DNA of 64,000 bases, taken from assembly GCA_041740355.1 (NCBI GenBank), contig JBGSMD010000013.1, forward strand, positions 1 through 64,000, read 5' to 3'. Positions 29,696-40,038 of the stretch are shown here, one piece after another; position 1 is the stretch's first letter; each line of letters begins with the position of its first letter. A program made the translations under genes and the position numbers. The notes beneath the pieces were generated by a model that was not told the origin of the DNA, did not search any database, and saw nothing but the letters and a program-made list of their open reading frames with translations. Origin of the DNA: Bdellovibrionota bacterium (GTDB taxonomy: Bacteria; Bdellovibrionota_C; UBA2361; CALJRW01).

Positions 29696-31084
29696 TTACT
29701 TCGGTGGTAAAGGTGCATTGCTCCCATCACTTTTAATATTGTTATTTCTAAGTTCTTCTTCCGAAGCAAGCATAGATATCGTTCCTTTTGGAGCTTCATA
29801 CCAACCTGGATCAGAGTAATCTTTTAATTGATTTCTAACCTTAAGAATTGTGAACATGCCTCCCATTGTAATATAGTCATATTTACCTCTTGCGCCAACC
29901 ATTGGAATACTATTTTCAGGAATTGGCATTCCCATTTCGCCCATTTCACCCATCCCATGTTGTCCCATTGTCATATAGTTCGGAAGTAGTTTCTGTATCT
30001 TAGAATCTAGACCTTCTGAATCTATCCCAATCATATTTGGAAATTTATGTCCCATTTGGTTCATGACATGATGGGTCATATGACAATGCATTGCCCAGTC
30101 ACCAGGATTATCAGCAATAAACTCAATAGTTCGAGTGGATCCAGTTGGGACAAGCACCGTTGTTTCTGGCCACTGTCCGGCCGCAGGAATTTCTCCTCCG
30201 TCAGTTTCGGTAACATTAAAATAATAACCATGAAGGTGAATAGGATGATGATCCATTGCAGAAAGATTACCAAAGCGAATACGAATACGATCGCCAATTT
30301 GTGCAACTAATGCTTCTGTACCAGGGAATGCCTTAGCATTCATAGTCAATACATTAAAATCATTCATAACATTAGGATTAGGTCGCTCTGTGCCTACCTC
30401 GATTGCCCACTCGTGTAACATAATAGCAAAATCTCGATCCGGTCGCTCTTCTTTTGGGATACGAGGATGAATCACAATCATACCAACCATACCCATACCC
30501 ATTTGGGTCATCTCATCATGATGTGAATGATACATAAATGTGCCATGCTGTTTTAGATCAAACTCATACATGTAAGTTTCACCACTTAAAATTGCTTTCT
30601 GGCTTAATCCTCCAACCCCATCCATTCCACTTGGTAAAATAATCCCATGCCAATGAACAGTCGTTGGCGCTTTTAGTTTATTTGTCACAAAGATTCTTAC
30701 ACGATCTCCTTCGACAGCTTCGATAACTGGTCCATGAACAGAGCCATTATAACCCCAACAATGTGCTTTAAGTCCAAGTGCAAATTCATGATAAACTTCT
30801 TCTGCGACTAAATGGAAAACCTTCACACCATCAATAATCTTAAATGGCAAAGCCCAACCATTAGGTATAACAACTGGTTGATAATCTTTACCAGACTCAG
30901 CAGGTTGTAACTGCGAAGCAGAATCGGTGATTGTTGATGACATTTCAGTCTCAGCTAGGCCCTGTTTCAAAACCATCATACTACCAGCTAGTGCGATTGC
31001 AGCGCCTCTTAACGCTTGTCTTCTGGAGATAGGTTGATCAAGGATAGTTTCATTATTGATTTCATTCTTATTTTTAATTACCAT
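29696..31084 (-). CDS. Tat-exported multicopper oxidase
   Basis: SRRQAL Tat motif, HWHG, YHSH, HPIHLHG, HCHMTHH, Met-rich tail. Confidence 0.95.
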   Translation of the reverse strand: MVIKNKNEINNETILDQPISRRQALRGAAIALAGSMMVLKQGLAETEMSSTITDSASQLQPAESGKDYQPVVIPNGWALPFKIIDGVKVFHLVAEEVYHEFALGLKAHCWGYNGSVHGPVIEAVEGDRVRIFVTNKLKAPTTVHWHGIILPSGMDGVGGLSQKAILSGETYMYEFDLKQHGTFMYHSHHDEMTQMGMGMVGMIVIHPRIPKEERPDRDFAIMLHEWAIEVGTERPNPNVMNDFNVLTMNAKAFPGTEALVAQIGDRIRIRFGNLSAMDHHPIHLHGYYFNVTETDGGEIPAAGQWPETTVLVPTGSTRTIEFIADNPGDWAMHCHMTHHVMNQMGHKFPNMIGIDSEGLDSKIQKLLPNYMTMGQHGMGEMGEMGMPIPENSIPMVGARGKYDYITMGGMFTILKVRNQLKDYSDPGWYEAPKGTISMLASEEELRNNNIKSDGSNAPLPPK

Positions 31085-31086
31085 TT

Positions 31087-32511
31087 TTAATGCTCCTCAC
31101 TATTTTTTGCTGAATTATTTAAAGCGACATTACTTAAACTCACTCCATTCGTTTCAATCATCTTGCCAGCAATAACTTGCTCCAAATCTGTTTTTGCTAA
31201 CCAATAATTCTCTAATGCCTTAATGTAAGAGATAATCATTTCAATTTGGTCTTTTTTTGCTTGTAGCAATTGTACTGCCCCAATCTGCATTGCATTATAT
31301 TGAAGCTGTGACTCCTGAACTATCTTATTCTCAAGTGGCAAGATAATTTTACTAAGATAATTAACTTGATCTTTTGCCGCTATCAATGTTGCATGTGTAC
31401 GTCTGACTTGAGAACGAATCTCCACGGCAGTTCCCGCATACCTTTCAAAGGAGCTTCGAATGATTGCTTCAGTTGACGCAATAATTGGCTGCCCCTGATT
31501 AAAGATTGGAATTGGAATTGATACGGCAGGACCAAAACTCCATTCGCCATTATCTGCTTCACGCTCCGCAATCGCCCCTAATGATAAATCTGGAAATACC
31601 TCAAAAGGAATTGCTACATTTAGCGAAGCAACAGTCTTCTTAAGTTCCCATCGAGCGGTATTTAATTCCAGGCTATTGATTAATGCTTGCTTCTCTAAAC
31701 CAATTAATTCAATTTCATGTTTATCTGGTTCTGCTAACTTACTAATTGCTTTCCAATTGGTATCGATTCCCCATAGTCCAAGGAGGGTATTTAACTCTTC
31801 ACGTTTTTTAAAAACTTCAATCTCTGCTTGTCGTAATGTGATTTTTGATTCTTCATAAAGCGCGCGCTCCTGTGTTAAATTTAATTCTGTAATATTTCCA
31901 GCCTCGCGGAGTTTTTTTGATATCAAATAAGTTGAGTTAGTTGCTTCCAGCACATTCTTGAGTAATAGTAACGTTTGCTCTGCTCCCTGGTAGGCATAGA
32001 ATGTTCGTTTTACGTCAGTTGAAAGCTTGATAACCTGCTCCACGACACGCACTTTAGTTGCCTCAAACTCTGCTTCAGCTACTTTTTTTCTAAGAGGAAT
32101 AAAAAGAACTTCAATAAAGTTTTGTAATATTGCAGTATCAAGTCCGACCCCACCTCCCTTATGAAATCTAAATTCAGCATCAAAAACTGGATTACTTAAG
32201 AGTCCAGCTTTAACTAAGTCTGCTTGAGCAATATTTAAATCTTCATATATTGCTTGTAGGTTTTGATTATTAAGCAGTGCTAACTGAACGGCTTCGTTAG
32301 CTGTTATTTTATTTGCTAAGATCTTTTTGATTTCAAGATCTAGCTGTTGATCTTCTGATGTTCCTTGTTTCCAATGAATTTTTTGACCAGTTCTAGTTTT
32401 AACAGCTTTAGTTACATCATCGAATCCAACTCCCCTTTTCAAACTGACACAACCAGAAAAAAACAAAAATGAAATAATAATTAAAGTAGAATAATTTAAT
32501 TTAATGTTCAT
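31087..32511 (-). CDS. TolC-family lipoprotein of the copper resistance operon
   Basis: Lipobox FSGC, AVQLALLNN, AGLLSNP, SIPIPIFNQGQ, YNAMQIG. Confidence 0.92.
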   Translation of the reverse strand: MNIKLNYSTLIIISFLFFSGCVSLKRGVGFDDVTKAVKTRTGQKIHWKQGTSEDQQLDLEIKKILANKITANEAVQLALLNNQNLQAIYEDLNIAQADLVKAGLLSNPVFDAEFRFHKGGGVGLDTAILQNFIEVLFIPLRKKVAEAEFEATKVRVVEQVIKLSTDVKRTFYAYQGAEQTLLLLKNVLEATNSTYLISKKLREAGNITELNLTQERALYEESKITLRQAEIEVFKKREELNTLLGLWGIDTNWKAISKLAEPDKHEIELIGLEKQALINSLELNTARWELKKTVASLNVAIPFEVFPDLSLGAIAEREADNGEWSFGPAVSIPIPIFNQGQPIIASTEAIIRSSFERYAGTAVEIRSQVRRTHATLIAAKDQVNYLSKIILPLENKIVQESQLQYNAMQIGAVQLLQAKKDQIEMIISYIKALENYWLAKTDLEQVIAGKMIETNGVSLSNVALNNSAKNSEEH

Positions 32512-32986
32512 TATTCATTCCTCCATGGTTCATACCCTGATGGCTGGGACTAATTGGTAAATTTTTTAATCTAGGCAATTCTGATTTTACAATTTTATTG
32601 ATCAACATATGACACTTTGGGCAAGTATCTTTAGGGTCATGGGAAGTTATGTCAGGGTGCATCGGACAAGAATATAATATTGAATTAATAGTAGATCCTT
32701 CTTCATTGTTTTGATTCCTCTTATTCTCTTCCAAAGGACGATCTATCATAGAATTATCTACTAATTTACTTCTCTTAGAATAGATCGGATCAGCTGTAGA
32801 TACATCTAAAGCAGAAGATTGAGACATATACGCACCATCGCCTCTTAATGGATTACCAGGGCTTTCTAATGGCACTGTTTCTAATAAAACAGTTTTTGTG
32901 CAAGCGAATAACAAAATTGTAATAGCGAATATAATAAATTTACTATTAGATATGATATTATACTTTAGAAAATTTTTTGATTTCAT
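32501..32986 (-). CDS. Lipoprotein with heavy-metal-binding domain
   Basis: LFAC lipobox, YSCPMHP...CPKCHM, and a His/Met tail. Confidence 0.88.
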   Translation of the reverse strand: MKSKNFLKYNIISNSKFIIFAITILLFACTKTVLLETVPLESPGNPLRGDGAYMSQSSALDVSTADPIYSKRSKLVDNSMIDRPLEENKRNQNNEEGSTINSILYSCPMHPDITSHDPKDTCPKCHMLINKIVKSELPRLKNLPISPSHQGMNHGGMNNEH

Positions 32987-33046
32987 ACTTGAATTTATTT
33001 AGCTAAAGGAAATTTAAGGGATAAAGAATACAACCCTACTGGAAAA

Positions 33047-33454
33047 CTACAGAAGAATTTGAATTGGAGGTGCTTGAGGTGCAAATGAAAGGCTAAGAAT
33101 AAAAGTACTTAATAACGATGGTGGTCCAGTCGTTAATTTTATAGTCTTAAAAAGATATGAAGGAACTAACTCAAGTACTTCAATTGATCTATAAATGTTA
33201 AATAGATTATTAATTTTTGAAATTTCAAAACTTACATGCGTACTTTGATCTGACTTTATAAGTGGTTGGCAACAGGAACTTTTTTCACATTTTTGACGAT
33301 GCCCTGTATCCTTACTTTTACCATGACAAGGAGAATGCTGATTAGTGTCTTCCTTAACTGGAAGAAAAGCATCATTTAGAATACAATGATTACCCCAAAT
33401 AATTAATGAGAAGATAAAAACACAGGAAAAACACTGTCTAATTACTAAGTGCAT
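33047..33454 (-). CDS. Leader protein upstream of the copper operon, C-terminal APQAPP (paralog of 22777-23253)
   Basis: Hydrophobic N-terminal segment followed by NHC, PCH, CxxxxCC, and ending LSLSFAPQAPPIQILL*. Confidence 0.8.
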   Translation of the reverse strand: MHLVIRQCFSCVFIFSLIIWGNHCILNDAFLPVKEDTNQHSPCHGKSKDTGHRQKCEKSSCCQPLIKSDQSTHVSFEISKINNLFNIYRSIEVLELVPSYLFKTIKLTTGPPSLLSTFILSLSFAPQAPPIQILL

Positions 33455-33536
33455 GTTGATAATTTAACATAGTAAAGGCTAGGCAACAACGATATTTTAA
33501 AGCTAGTTAATTAGCATTTTATTTTTGCATGATAAT

Positions 33537-34265
33537 TTATAAAATAATCATTACAAATGCCATTCCTCCCATTAACAGATCTTCAACAAGAGTGACTTTT
33601 GTCATCGGAAGTTTTAATGCCGTGCCTAAACAAGCACACTGAAAACTTTTTTTGGTTCTTAGTGCTTTAATGACACCAACAGATCCAATGACCATTAAAA
33701 AGAGTGTTGTCAAATTAACATATAAAAGATCTGATAAGATAAAATATAAAACGCCTAGAGTTAATTCTATAAATGGATAAGCAAGAGCATAAAATTTAGA
33801 TTTCATAGCTAAAATATCATACGTAGCATAAGCTTCCGCAAATCCATTTAAATTAAGCAATTTAAACAGCGAGAAAAGGATAAAGAAACCACCCATAAAA
33901 TTGATCATCAGGGTGTGTATTGAGAAATTGTCTGATAAGTATGCTCGAAGTATTACGGCACCAAATAAATATGTAGCTATGACAAATAATGGCACTAAGC
34001 TATCACTGGGAGATGGGGGGATTTGGTTAATTATTTCAGTCTTTGGTTCGTCGAGTTTATCTATTTCTGTGACTTGATACGCACCAAGACTTTTAACTAT
34101 TTTTTGGATTGCGTCGATTCTAATTTCACTATCTAAAGATACTTCACCGTATGGAGGATCTAAGTTAACAATAACCTTTTCAAATCCACCTCTCTGAAGT
34201 CCTGCAGTAATTTTATTAACACAAGTATTACAGGTCATTCCAATAATTTTAAATTGCTTTTTCAT
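33537..34265 (-). CDS. HMA domain + MauE/DoxX-type membrane protein
   Basis: GMTCNTCV, FMGGFFILFSLFKLL, YPFIEL, QCACLGTALKLPMTKVTLVED. Confidence 0.9.
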   Translation of the reverse strand: MKKQFKIIGMTCNTCVNKITAGLQRGGFEKVIVNLDPPYGEVSLDSEIRIDAIQKIVKSLGAYQVTEIDKLDEPKTEIINQIPPSPSDSLVPLFVIATYLFGAVILRAYLSDNFSIHTLMINFMGGFFILFSLFKLLNLNGFAEAYATYDILAMKSKFYALAYPFIELTLGVLYFILSDLLYVNLTTLFLMVIGSVGVIKALRTKKSFQCACLGTALKLPMTKVTLVEDLLMGGMAFVMIIL

Positions 34266-34283
34266 AATTTACTCTTGATAGAA

Positions 34284-34302
34284 TATACCCCTATGGGGTA
34301 TA
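34284..34302. promoter_or_regulatory. CsoR/RcnR operator
   Basis: Perfect palindrome TATACCCC-TAT-GGGGTATA in the 70-bp gap between csoR and the divergent copper operon, matching the C-tract/G-tract CsoR operator type. Confidence 0.9.
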
Positions 34303-34335
34303 ATAAATGCATACGTTTAGTTCCACAAGGCTTCA

Positions 34336-34638
34336 ATGAAGAAAAAAAATTGTTGTGATAAGAATGGTATGATTCACCCAGATCATGCTATTCAGCTCAA
34401 TCGGGTTAAGCGAATTGCTGGACAAGTTGGTGGGATTAAGAAAATGATTGAAGAAAGACGCTATTGTCCCGATATCATTAATCAAATTAGCGCAGCTCAA
34501 ACGGCTCTTCGTTCACTCCAAGCAGTTGTCCTTCAGGAACATCTTAAGCAATGTGTGGTTGACGCATTTGAAGCGGGCAGTCAAAAAGAACGACATATAA
34601 AGATTGCGGAGTTACTCGAGTTAATAAGAAAAATTTAG
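34336..34638 (+). CDS. csoR: CsoR/RcnR-family metal-sensing repressor
   Basis: RVKRIAGQVGGIKKMIEERRYCPDIINQISA...HLKQCV (Cys, His and Cys ligands). Confidence 0.93.
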   Translation: MKKKNCCDKNGMIHPDHAIQLNRVKRIAGQVGGIKKMIEERRYCPDIINQISAAQTALRSLQAVVLQEHLKQCVVDAFEAGSQKERHIKIAELLELIRKI

Positions 34639-34777
34639 TTTATCTTAACTATTATAGATAATAGAAACTTTTACTACAATCAACCTTCGGAATAGTATAC
34701 AGTAACTCAAAAAAACAATTGCCAAAATGTTTTTTGAAATACTTGTTGGTTTTATTTTAAGATAGTTAGGATTATGT

Positions 34778-37363
34778 ATGCCTAGAAAACCAAAAATCGA
34801 AAGATTCAATGACAGTGTACTAACTAAGTATCAAATTTATAATAGTATTTTTTTAACTTTACCATTTGATGAGATTACAAATACTGGAGTGCTACTCCCC
34901 TTATTTAGTGAGTTTTGTGAAGAAGGATATAAAATAGGCAATAATCCAACTGAGATAATCGAAGATTTTTTTAGCAAGTACTGTCATGAGTATACCGAAG
35001 CAGAGAAAGATGATTTATTATTTAGATTTATACAATATATCGAACGACAAGTAGTTTTATTTGATGCGGTTGAAGATGCTGCCTTTGCTATTGTCAATAA
35101 TTTAGACGGCAAGGGGACATTACGAGACATTAAAGAAGATGCTGATGCCCAAGGTCGGATTAATGAACTTCGAAAATATTTAGAAGATTATAAAGTTAGA
35201 ACTGTACTTACGGCACATCCTACTCAATTTTATCCAGGGGCAGTTTTAGGTATTATCACAGATTTAACTCAAGCTATTAAAGAAGATGATTTTTCATTAA
35301 TTAAAAAATTACTATCCCAACTCGGCAAAACTCCTTTTTTTAACAAGCAACAACCGACACCCTATGATGAAGCTGTTAATCTCATTTGGTTCTTAGAAAA
35401 TGTTTTCTACCATTCGGCGAGTATGATTTATCAGTATATTCAAAAAAATATCTACGATGGAGATTTAATAGATAATCAAATCGTAACTCTCGGTTTCTGG
35501 CCAGGGGGGGATCGTGATGGAAATCCTTCTGTCAACAGTGAGACTACTTTAAAGGTTGCAGAAAGACTCAAAACTACCTTACTCAAAAATTATTACCGTG
35601 ATCTTCGTAAGTTAAAAAGAAGAATAACATTTGATCAAGTGGACCATTTGGTCGCTGAGCTTGAGGCGAAGCTTTATCAGAATAGCTATCAATTAACGGA
35701 CGACACTAGTTTTGATGCCAAGGAATTTCTAATGACATTATTGAGGATTCGAGAAATCCTAGTTAGCAAACACCAATCCTTATTTATTCAAGAACTTGAT
35801 GATTTAATTGGCAAGGTAAAGATTTTTGGTTTTCATTTTGCATCACTTGATATTCGACAGGATTCTCGAATTCACCAGCAGGTATATCAGCAATTAGTGC
35901 TAGAAAGTCAGAAACTTAAACTAGATATCTTTCCAAAAGACTATTGTGATTTTGAAGATCAACATAAAATTAATTTTTTAGGAAATATTAAAGCAAAAAT
36001 TAGATCGGATATTTTTCAAGACGAAATGCTTCGCGATACAATAGCTAGTGCTGAAGCGATGAAAATAATTCAATCGCAGAATGGGGAACTAGGCTCCAAC
36101 CGCTACATCATAAGTAATACACAAAGTGCACTAAACGTAATGGAAGTTTTAGGTTTTATGCAATTAATTGGTTGGGATTTGCCAACGATTGATATTGTTC
36201 CACTTTTTGAAACAATCGATGATTTGCACAATGCTGAGCAAATTATGGAAGAACTATATACTAATAAATATTACGCCGAGCATCTTTCCCTTCGCGGGAA
36301 AAAGCAAACAATCATGCTGGGGTTTTCAGATGGCACCAAGGATGGTGGATACTTGATGGCTAATTGGGGAATCTATTTGGCAAAAGAAAGATTAACTGCA
36401 CTTTCTAATAAATATCATGTAGATGTTTTTTTCTTTGATGGACGTGGTGGTCCTCCAGCTCGTGGTGGCGGAAAAACGCATCAATTCTATGCTTCGCAAG
36501 GTCCAACTATTGCTAGCAAGGAATTGCAACTTACTATTCAGGGACAAACGATTAGTTCTAACTTTGGTACTTTAGATTCCTGTCAATATAACTTAGAGCA
36601 GTTACTGAGTGCAGGAATTGTAAATCAGATGTTTAGTAATAAGGATAGTGCTCTGAACACTAAAGATCGAGAGACAATGCAGCGTTTGGCAGATCTAAGT
36701 TATCAAGCATACCAAGATTTTAAACATCACCCCAAATTTATGCCTTATTTGGAAGAACTAAGTACACTTAAGTATTACGCTAAAACTAATATTAGTAGTC
36801 GTCCTGCTAAACGTGGAAATTCTAGTAAATTAAATTTTGAGGATTTGCGTGCCATTCCTTTTGTGGGGAGTTGGAGTCAGCTTAAACAAAATGTTCCGGG
36901 GTTTTATGGTGTAGGTTTAGCAATTGAGAATTTTATAACAAATGGCGAGGAAGATTGCATCAAAGAACTTTTTAAGAATTCTGCTTTTTTTAGAACTCTT
37001 TTAGAAAATACAATGATGAGTTTAACAAAATCTTTTTTCCCGCTAACTGCGCACTTTCAACAGGATCCAGAGTTTGGCGAGTTTTGGTCCTTAATCCACG
37101 AGGAGTTTCAAAGAACAAAGAAAATAATTTTAGATTTATTTGGATTTGAAAACTTAATGCAAAATACCAGAGCTGTAAAAGCATCGATTGATACTCGAGA
37201 AAAAATTGTTCTGCCCTTAGTTACGATCCAACAGTTTGCTTTAAATAAAGTTAAAGAGTTACATGCAGCTCAAAGCCAGCAAGGAGAGCAGATCGAGACG
37301 TATGAGAAAATGATTACTCGAACCCTATTCGGGAATATTAATGCTAGTCGTAACTCTGCCTGA
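34778..37363 (+). CDS. ppc: Phosphoenolpyruvate carboxylase
   Basis: VLTAHPTQ, WPGGDRDGNP, MLGFSDGTKDGG, GRGGPPARGGG, LRAIPF, C-terminal RNSA. Confidence 0.97.
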   Translation: MPRKPKIERFNDSVLTKYQIYNSIFLTLPFDEITNTGVLLPLFSEFCEEGYKIGNNPTEIIEDFFSKYCHEYTEAEKDDLLFRFIQYIERQVVLFDAVEDAAFAIVNNLDGKGTLRDIKEDADAQGRINELRKYLEDYKVRTVLTAHPTQFYPGAVLGIITDLTQAIKEDDFSLIKKLLSQLGKTPFFNKQQPTPYDEAVNLIWFLENVFYHSASMIYQYIQKNIYDGDLIDNQIVTLGFWPGGDRDGNPSVNSETTLKVAERLKTTLLKNYYRDLRKLKRRITFDQVDHLVAELEAKLYQNSYQLTDDTSFDAKEFLMTLLRIREILVSKHQSLFIQELDDLIGKVKIFGFHFASLDIRQDSRIHQQVYQQLVLESQKLKLDIFPKDYCDFEDQHKINFLGNIKAKIRSDIFQDEMLRDTIASAEAMKIIQSQNGELGSNRYIISNTQSALNVMEVLGFMQLIGWDLPTIDIVPLFETIDDLHNAEQIMEELYTNKYYAEHLSLRGKKQTIMLGFSDGTKDGGYLMANWGIYLAKERLTALSNKYHVDVFFFDGRGGPPARGGGKTHQFYASQGPTIASKELQLTIQGQTISSNFGTLDSCQYNLEQLLSAGIVNQMFSNKDSALNTKDRETMQRLADLSYQAYQDFKHHPKFMPYLEELSTLKYYAKTNISSRPAKRGNSSKLNFEDLRAIPFVGSWSQLKQNVPGFYGVGLAIENFITNGEEDCIKELFKNSAFFRTLLENTMMSLTKSFFPLTAHFQQDPEFGEFWSLIHEEFQRTKKIILDLFGFENLMQNTRAVKASIDTREKIVLPLVTIQQFALNKVKELHAAQSQQGEQIETYEKMITRTLFGNINASRNSA

Positions 37364-37405
37364 TGTTACATAAGATGAGTCATTACTGATAGTTATCAAA
37401 ATAGT

Positions 37406-37451
37406 TGCAATTATTTTGCATTAGTTATATCTCTATTGCGAATTATTTGCA
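37406..37451. promoter_or_regulatory. Tandem palindromic operators (probable Zur boxes)
   Basis: TGCAA-TTATT-TTGCA (37406-37420) and TGCGA-ATTAT-TTGCA (37437-37451), upstream of the receptor-zur operon. Confidence 0.7.
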
Positions 37452-37475
37452 TTAACTCTTTTTGTAATTTGTTTC

Positions 37476-39593
37476 ATGAAAATTCTATTCTACGCGCAGT
37501 TCTTTCTTATTCTACCGATTGTTGTTTTAGCCGAAGAATCCAACTCTAATAATCCCGTTATTGCAGAGTCAATCAATCAGCCTGTACGGATCACAATTAC
37601 TGGATCTTTATCCCCCGAAGGAATGGAGCGAGTTGGTAAGCCAGTTAGTGTCTTAGGGGAAGAAGAATTACGAAAGAACGAGGGTAGCTCCATTGGTGAA
37701 GCATTAAGTAATGAGCCAGGCGTCAGTTCCAGTTACTTTGGTCCAGTTGCTAGTCGTCCAATTATTCGTGGTCAAGGTAAAGAAAGAGTCCGGATTTTAG
37801 AAAATGGTTTAGAAGTCGGAGATGTTTCAGCAACATCTGATGATCATGCTGTCACTATGGATACCCTAACCACTGAACGTATTGATATTCTAAGAGGAGC
37901 AAGCACATTACTTTATGGAAGTCAGGCAATCGGTGGTGTGGTGAATGTAATTGATGGAAGTATTAAAGAAGAAGACATTGGTAAAGAGCTAACTGGAAAA
38001 ATAGATCTCAAACAAGGAAATGCTGGTAATGGTGAGACTGGTGGAGGGGCAGTTTTAGAAGGTCAAGCTGGAAAAATTAATTGGCATATATCTGGTTATG
38101 ATCGAACCACCGATGATTTGAAAATTCCGGGGTTTGCAGAGTCATCTCAACTAAGAGAACTAGAGGAAGCAGAACATGAGCATTCTGAAGACGAATCGCC
38201 TGATCATGAAAATGATCAGGCGGAAGAAAAAGGACGTTTAGAAAATACGGATAGTAGTTCCAGTGGTGTAAAGGCTGGATTATCGCATGTCTGGGACAAA
38301 GGTTATGTAGGAGTTGCATTACGACATACGGACTCCAATTATGGAGTACCTGGTGGACATGTCCACCATGATGAAGAAGAAGTGGATCCTTTGGTTGAGA
38401 TGGCCGAAGAAGAAGATGTTCGGATTGATTTGGAGCAAACAAAAATTGAATCTCGTGGGGCTGTTTTTTTAGAAGATCCAACTTTTAAGTCATTACAATT
38501 TGGAACAACATACTCTGATTACCGACATGAAGAATTAGAAGGTGAAGATGTTGGAACTCGTTATGACCGAAAAGCTTTTGAGACTAGATTATTGTTAACA
38601 CATCAACATGATGAATATTTAGAAGGTGGTTGGGGATTTCAGTTTAATCATGATGATTTAAAAACTAAAGGCGCAGAGGCTTTCGTACCTTCAACAGAGA
38701 CTGTAACGCCGGCATTATTTTTCGTAGAAGACTTTTCTCTTGCTGATAATTTAATTTGGCAATTTGGAGGACGCTATGAACATGCTAGTCTTAATCCGGT
38801 AATGGATTTGCCGAAGAGAGATTTTGATCTTTTAAGTAGTTCAACAGGTATAATCTACTTTACAAACCAAAAAGAATATTCCGCAGCAGTTAATCTTTCT
38901 TATAGTGAAAGGGCGCCAAATGCCACGGAACTCTATGCAGATGGGGCGCACTTAGCCACGCAAACTTATGAAATTGGTGATGAAAATATAAGTCAAGAAA
39001 GATCAGTTGGAACAGAATTAATCCTTCGAAAATTGACAGGGAGTACACGTGGTAGTTTTACAATGTTTCATCAGAAATATTTTGATTATTTAAACTTAGC
39101 ACCCAATGGGGACGTACGAGATGATTTTTCAGTCTTTGAGTATAATCAAATTGGGGCAAGGTTTTGGGGATTAGAGTCAGAAATTGAACAAGATATATTT
39201 TCTATGGGGCTTAGTAGTTTATCAGCTTACGGTGGACTTGATTATGTTCGTGCTCGAAACACTACAAATAGTGACGATCTACCAAGGATAACACCACTTC
39301 GTGGTAAGACTGGACTTAAGTATCAATATGATCGCTTGGATACTTACATTGAAGGAATCTTTGTTGCCACTCAGGATGATACTGCTGAATTTGAGTTACC
39401 TACTGATAGTTACAACTTGTTGAATATGGGAGCAACATATAGTATTTTTAGTGATGCTGACTCCTCAATTGAAGTCTATCTTAAAGGTACAAACTTAACT
39501 AATGAAGAAGCACGTGTTCATAATTCATTTTTAAAAGACCAAGCACCGCTTCGTGGCCGGGCATTTTTTGTTGGTCTTACTACATATTTTTAA
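37476..39593 (+). CDS. TonB-dependent receptor, ZnuD-like
   Basis: Plug motif SSYFGPVASRPIIRG...DDHAV, RIDILRGASTLLYGS, His/Glu-rich loops, RVHNSFLKDQAPLRGR, C-terminal Phe. Confidence 0.93.
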   Translation: MKILFYAQFFLILPIVVLAEESNSNNPVIAESINQPVRITITGSLSPEGMERVGKPVSVLGEEELRKNEGSSIGEALSNEPGVSSSYFGPVASRPIIRGQGKERVRILENGLEVGDVSATSDDHAVTMDTLTTERIDILRGASTLLYGSQAIGGVVNVIDGSIKEEDIGKELTGKIDLKQGNAGNGETGGGAVLEGQAGKINWHISGYDRTTDDLKIPGFAESSQLRELEEAEHEHSEDESPDHENDQAEEKGRLENTDSSSSGVKAGLSHVWDKGYVGVALRHTDSNYGVPGGHVHHDEEEVDPLVEMAEEEDVRIDLEQTKIESRGAVFLEDPTFKSLQFGTTYSDYRHEELEGEDVGTRYDRKAFETRLLLTHQHDEYLEGGWGFQFNHDDLKTKGAEAFVPSTETVTPALFFVEDFSLADNLIWQFGGRYEHASLNPVMDLPKRDFDLLSSSTGIIYFTNQKEYSAAVNLSYSERAPNATELYADGAHLATQTYEIGDENISQERSVGTELILRKLTGSTRGSFTMFHQKYFDYLNLAPNGDVRDDFSVFEYNQIGARFWGLESEIEQDIFSMGLSSLSAYGGLDYVRARNTTNSDDLPRITPLRGKTGLKYQYDRLDTYIEGIFVATQDDTAEFELPTDSYNLLNMGATYSIFSDADSSIEVYLKGTNLTNEEARVHNSFLKDQAPLRGRAFFVGLTTYF

Positions 39594-39594
39594 A

Positions 39595-40038
39595 TTGACT
39601 AAAGACGATCCTTTTTTAACTCGAGCTCTGGCCTCTCTTAAAGAAAAGAGATTTAGAATTACTTCGCCTAGGCAAATGGTTTTGGAATTATTATCTAAGA
39701 CAAAAAAAGCCTTGCATCCAAATGATATTTATTCTGAAATAAAAAAAAGTGCCAAGTCAATCGACCTAGCATCTGTCTATCGAATATTAGAGGTGCTTAC
39801 AGAATTAAAATTAATCCACCGTGAAGCCAATGGTGGATATTTCCCATGTCAGCATTGTGCTAAATGTCCATCAAGTGTTCATATTTTTATTAATTGTTTT
39901 AGTTGTGGCAATCTAAAAGAGTTAGATTATCACGGAGAAGTTTTTGGGGATGCTTTTATTAAACGCTTAAAAACTTTGGCTATTAATTCAGAGCAAGAAA
40001 CTATCTACCTTCAAAGCACCTGTTCTGATTGTCGTTAA
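39595..40038 (+). CDS. zur: Fur-family regulator, probably Zur
   Basis: RITSPRQMVL, DLASVYRIL, HIFINCFSCG, CSDC. In-frame TTG at 39595 just after the receptor stop. Confidence 0.8.
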   Translation: MTKDDPFLTRALASLKEKRFRITSPRQMVLELLSKTKKALHPNDIYSEIKKSAKSIDLASVYRILEVLTELKLIHREANGGYFPCQHCAKCPSSVHIFINCFSCGNLKELDYHGEVFGDAFIKRLKTLAINSEQETIYLQSTCSDCR

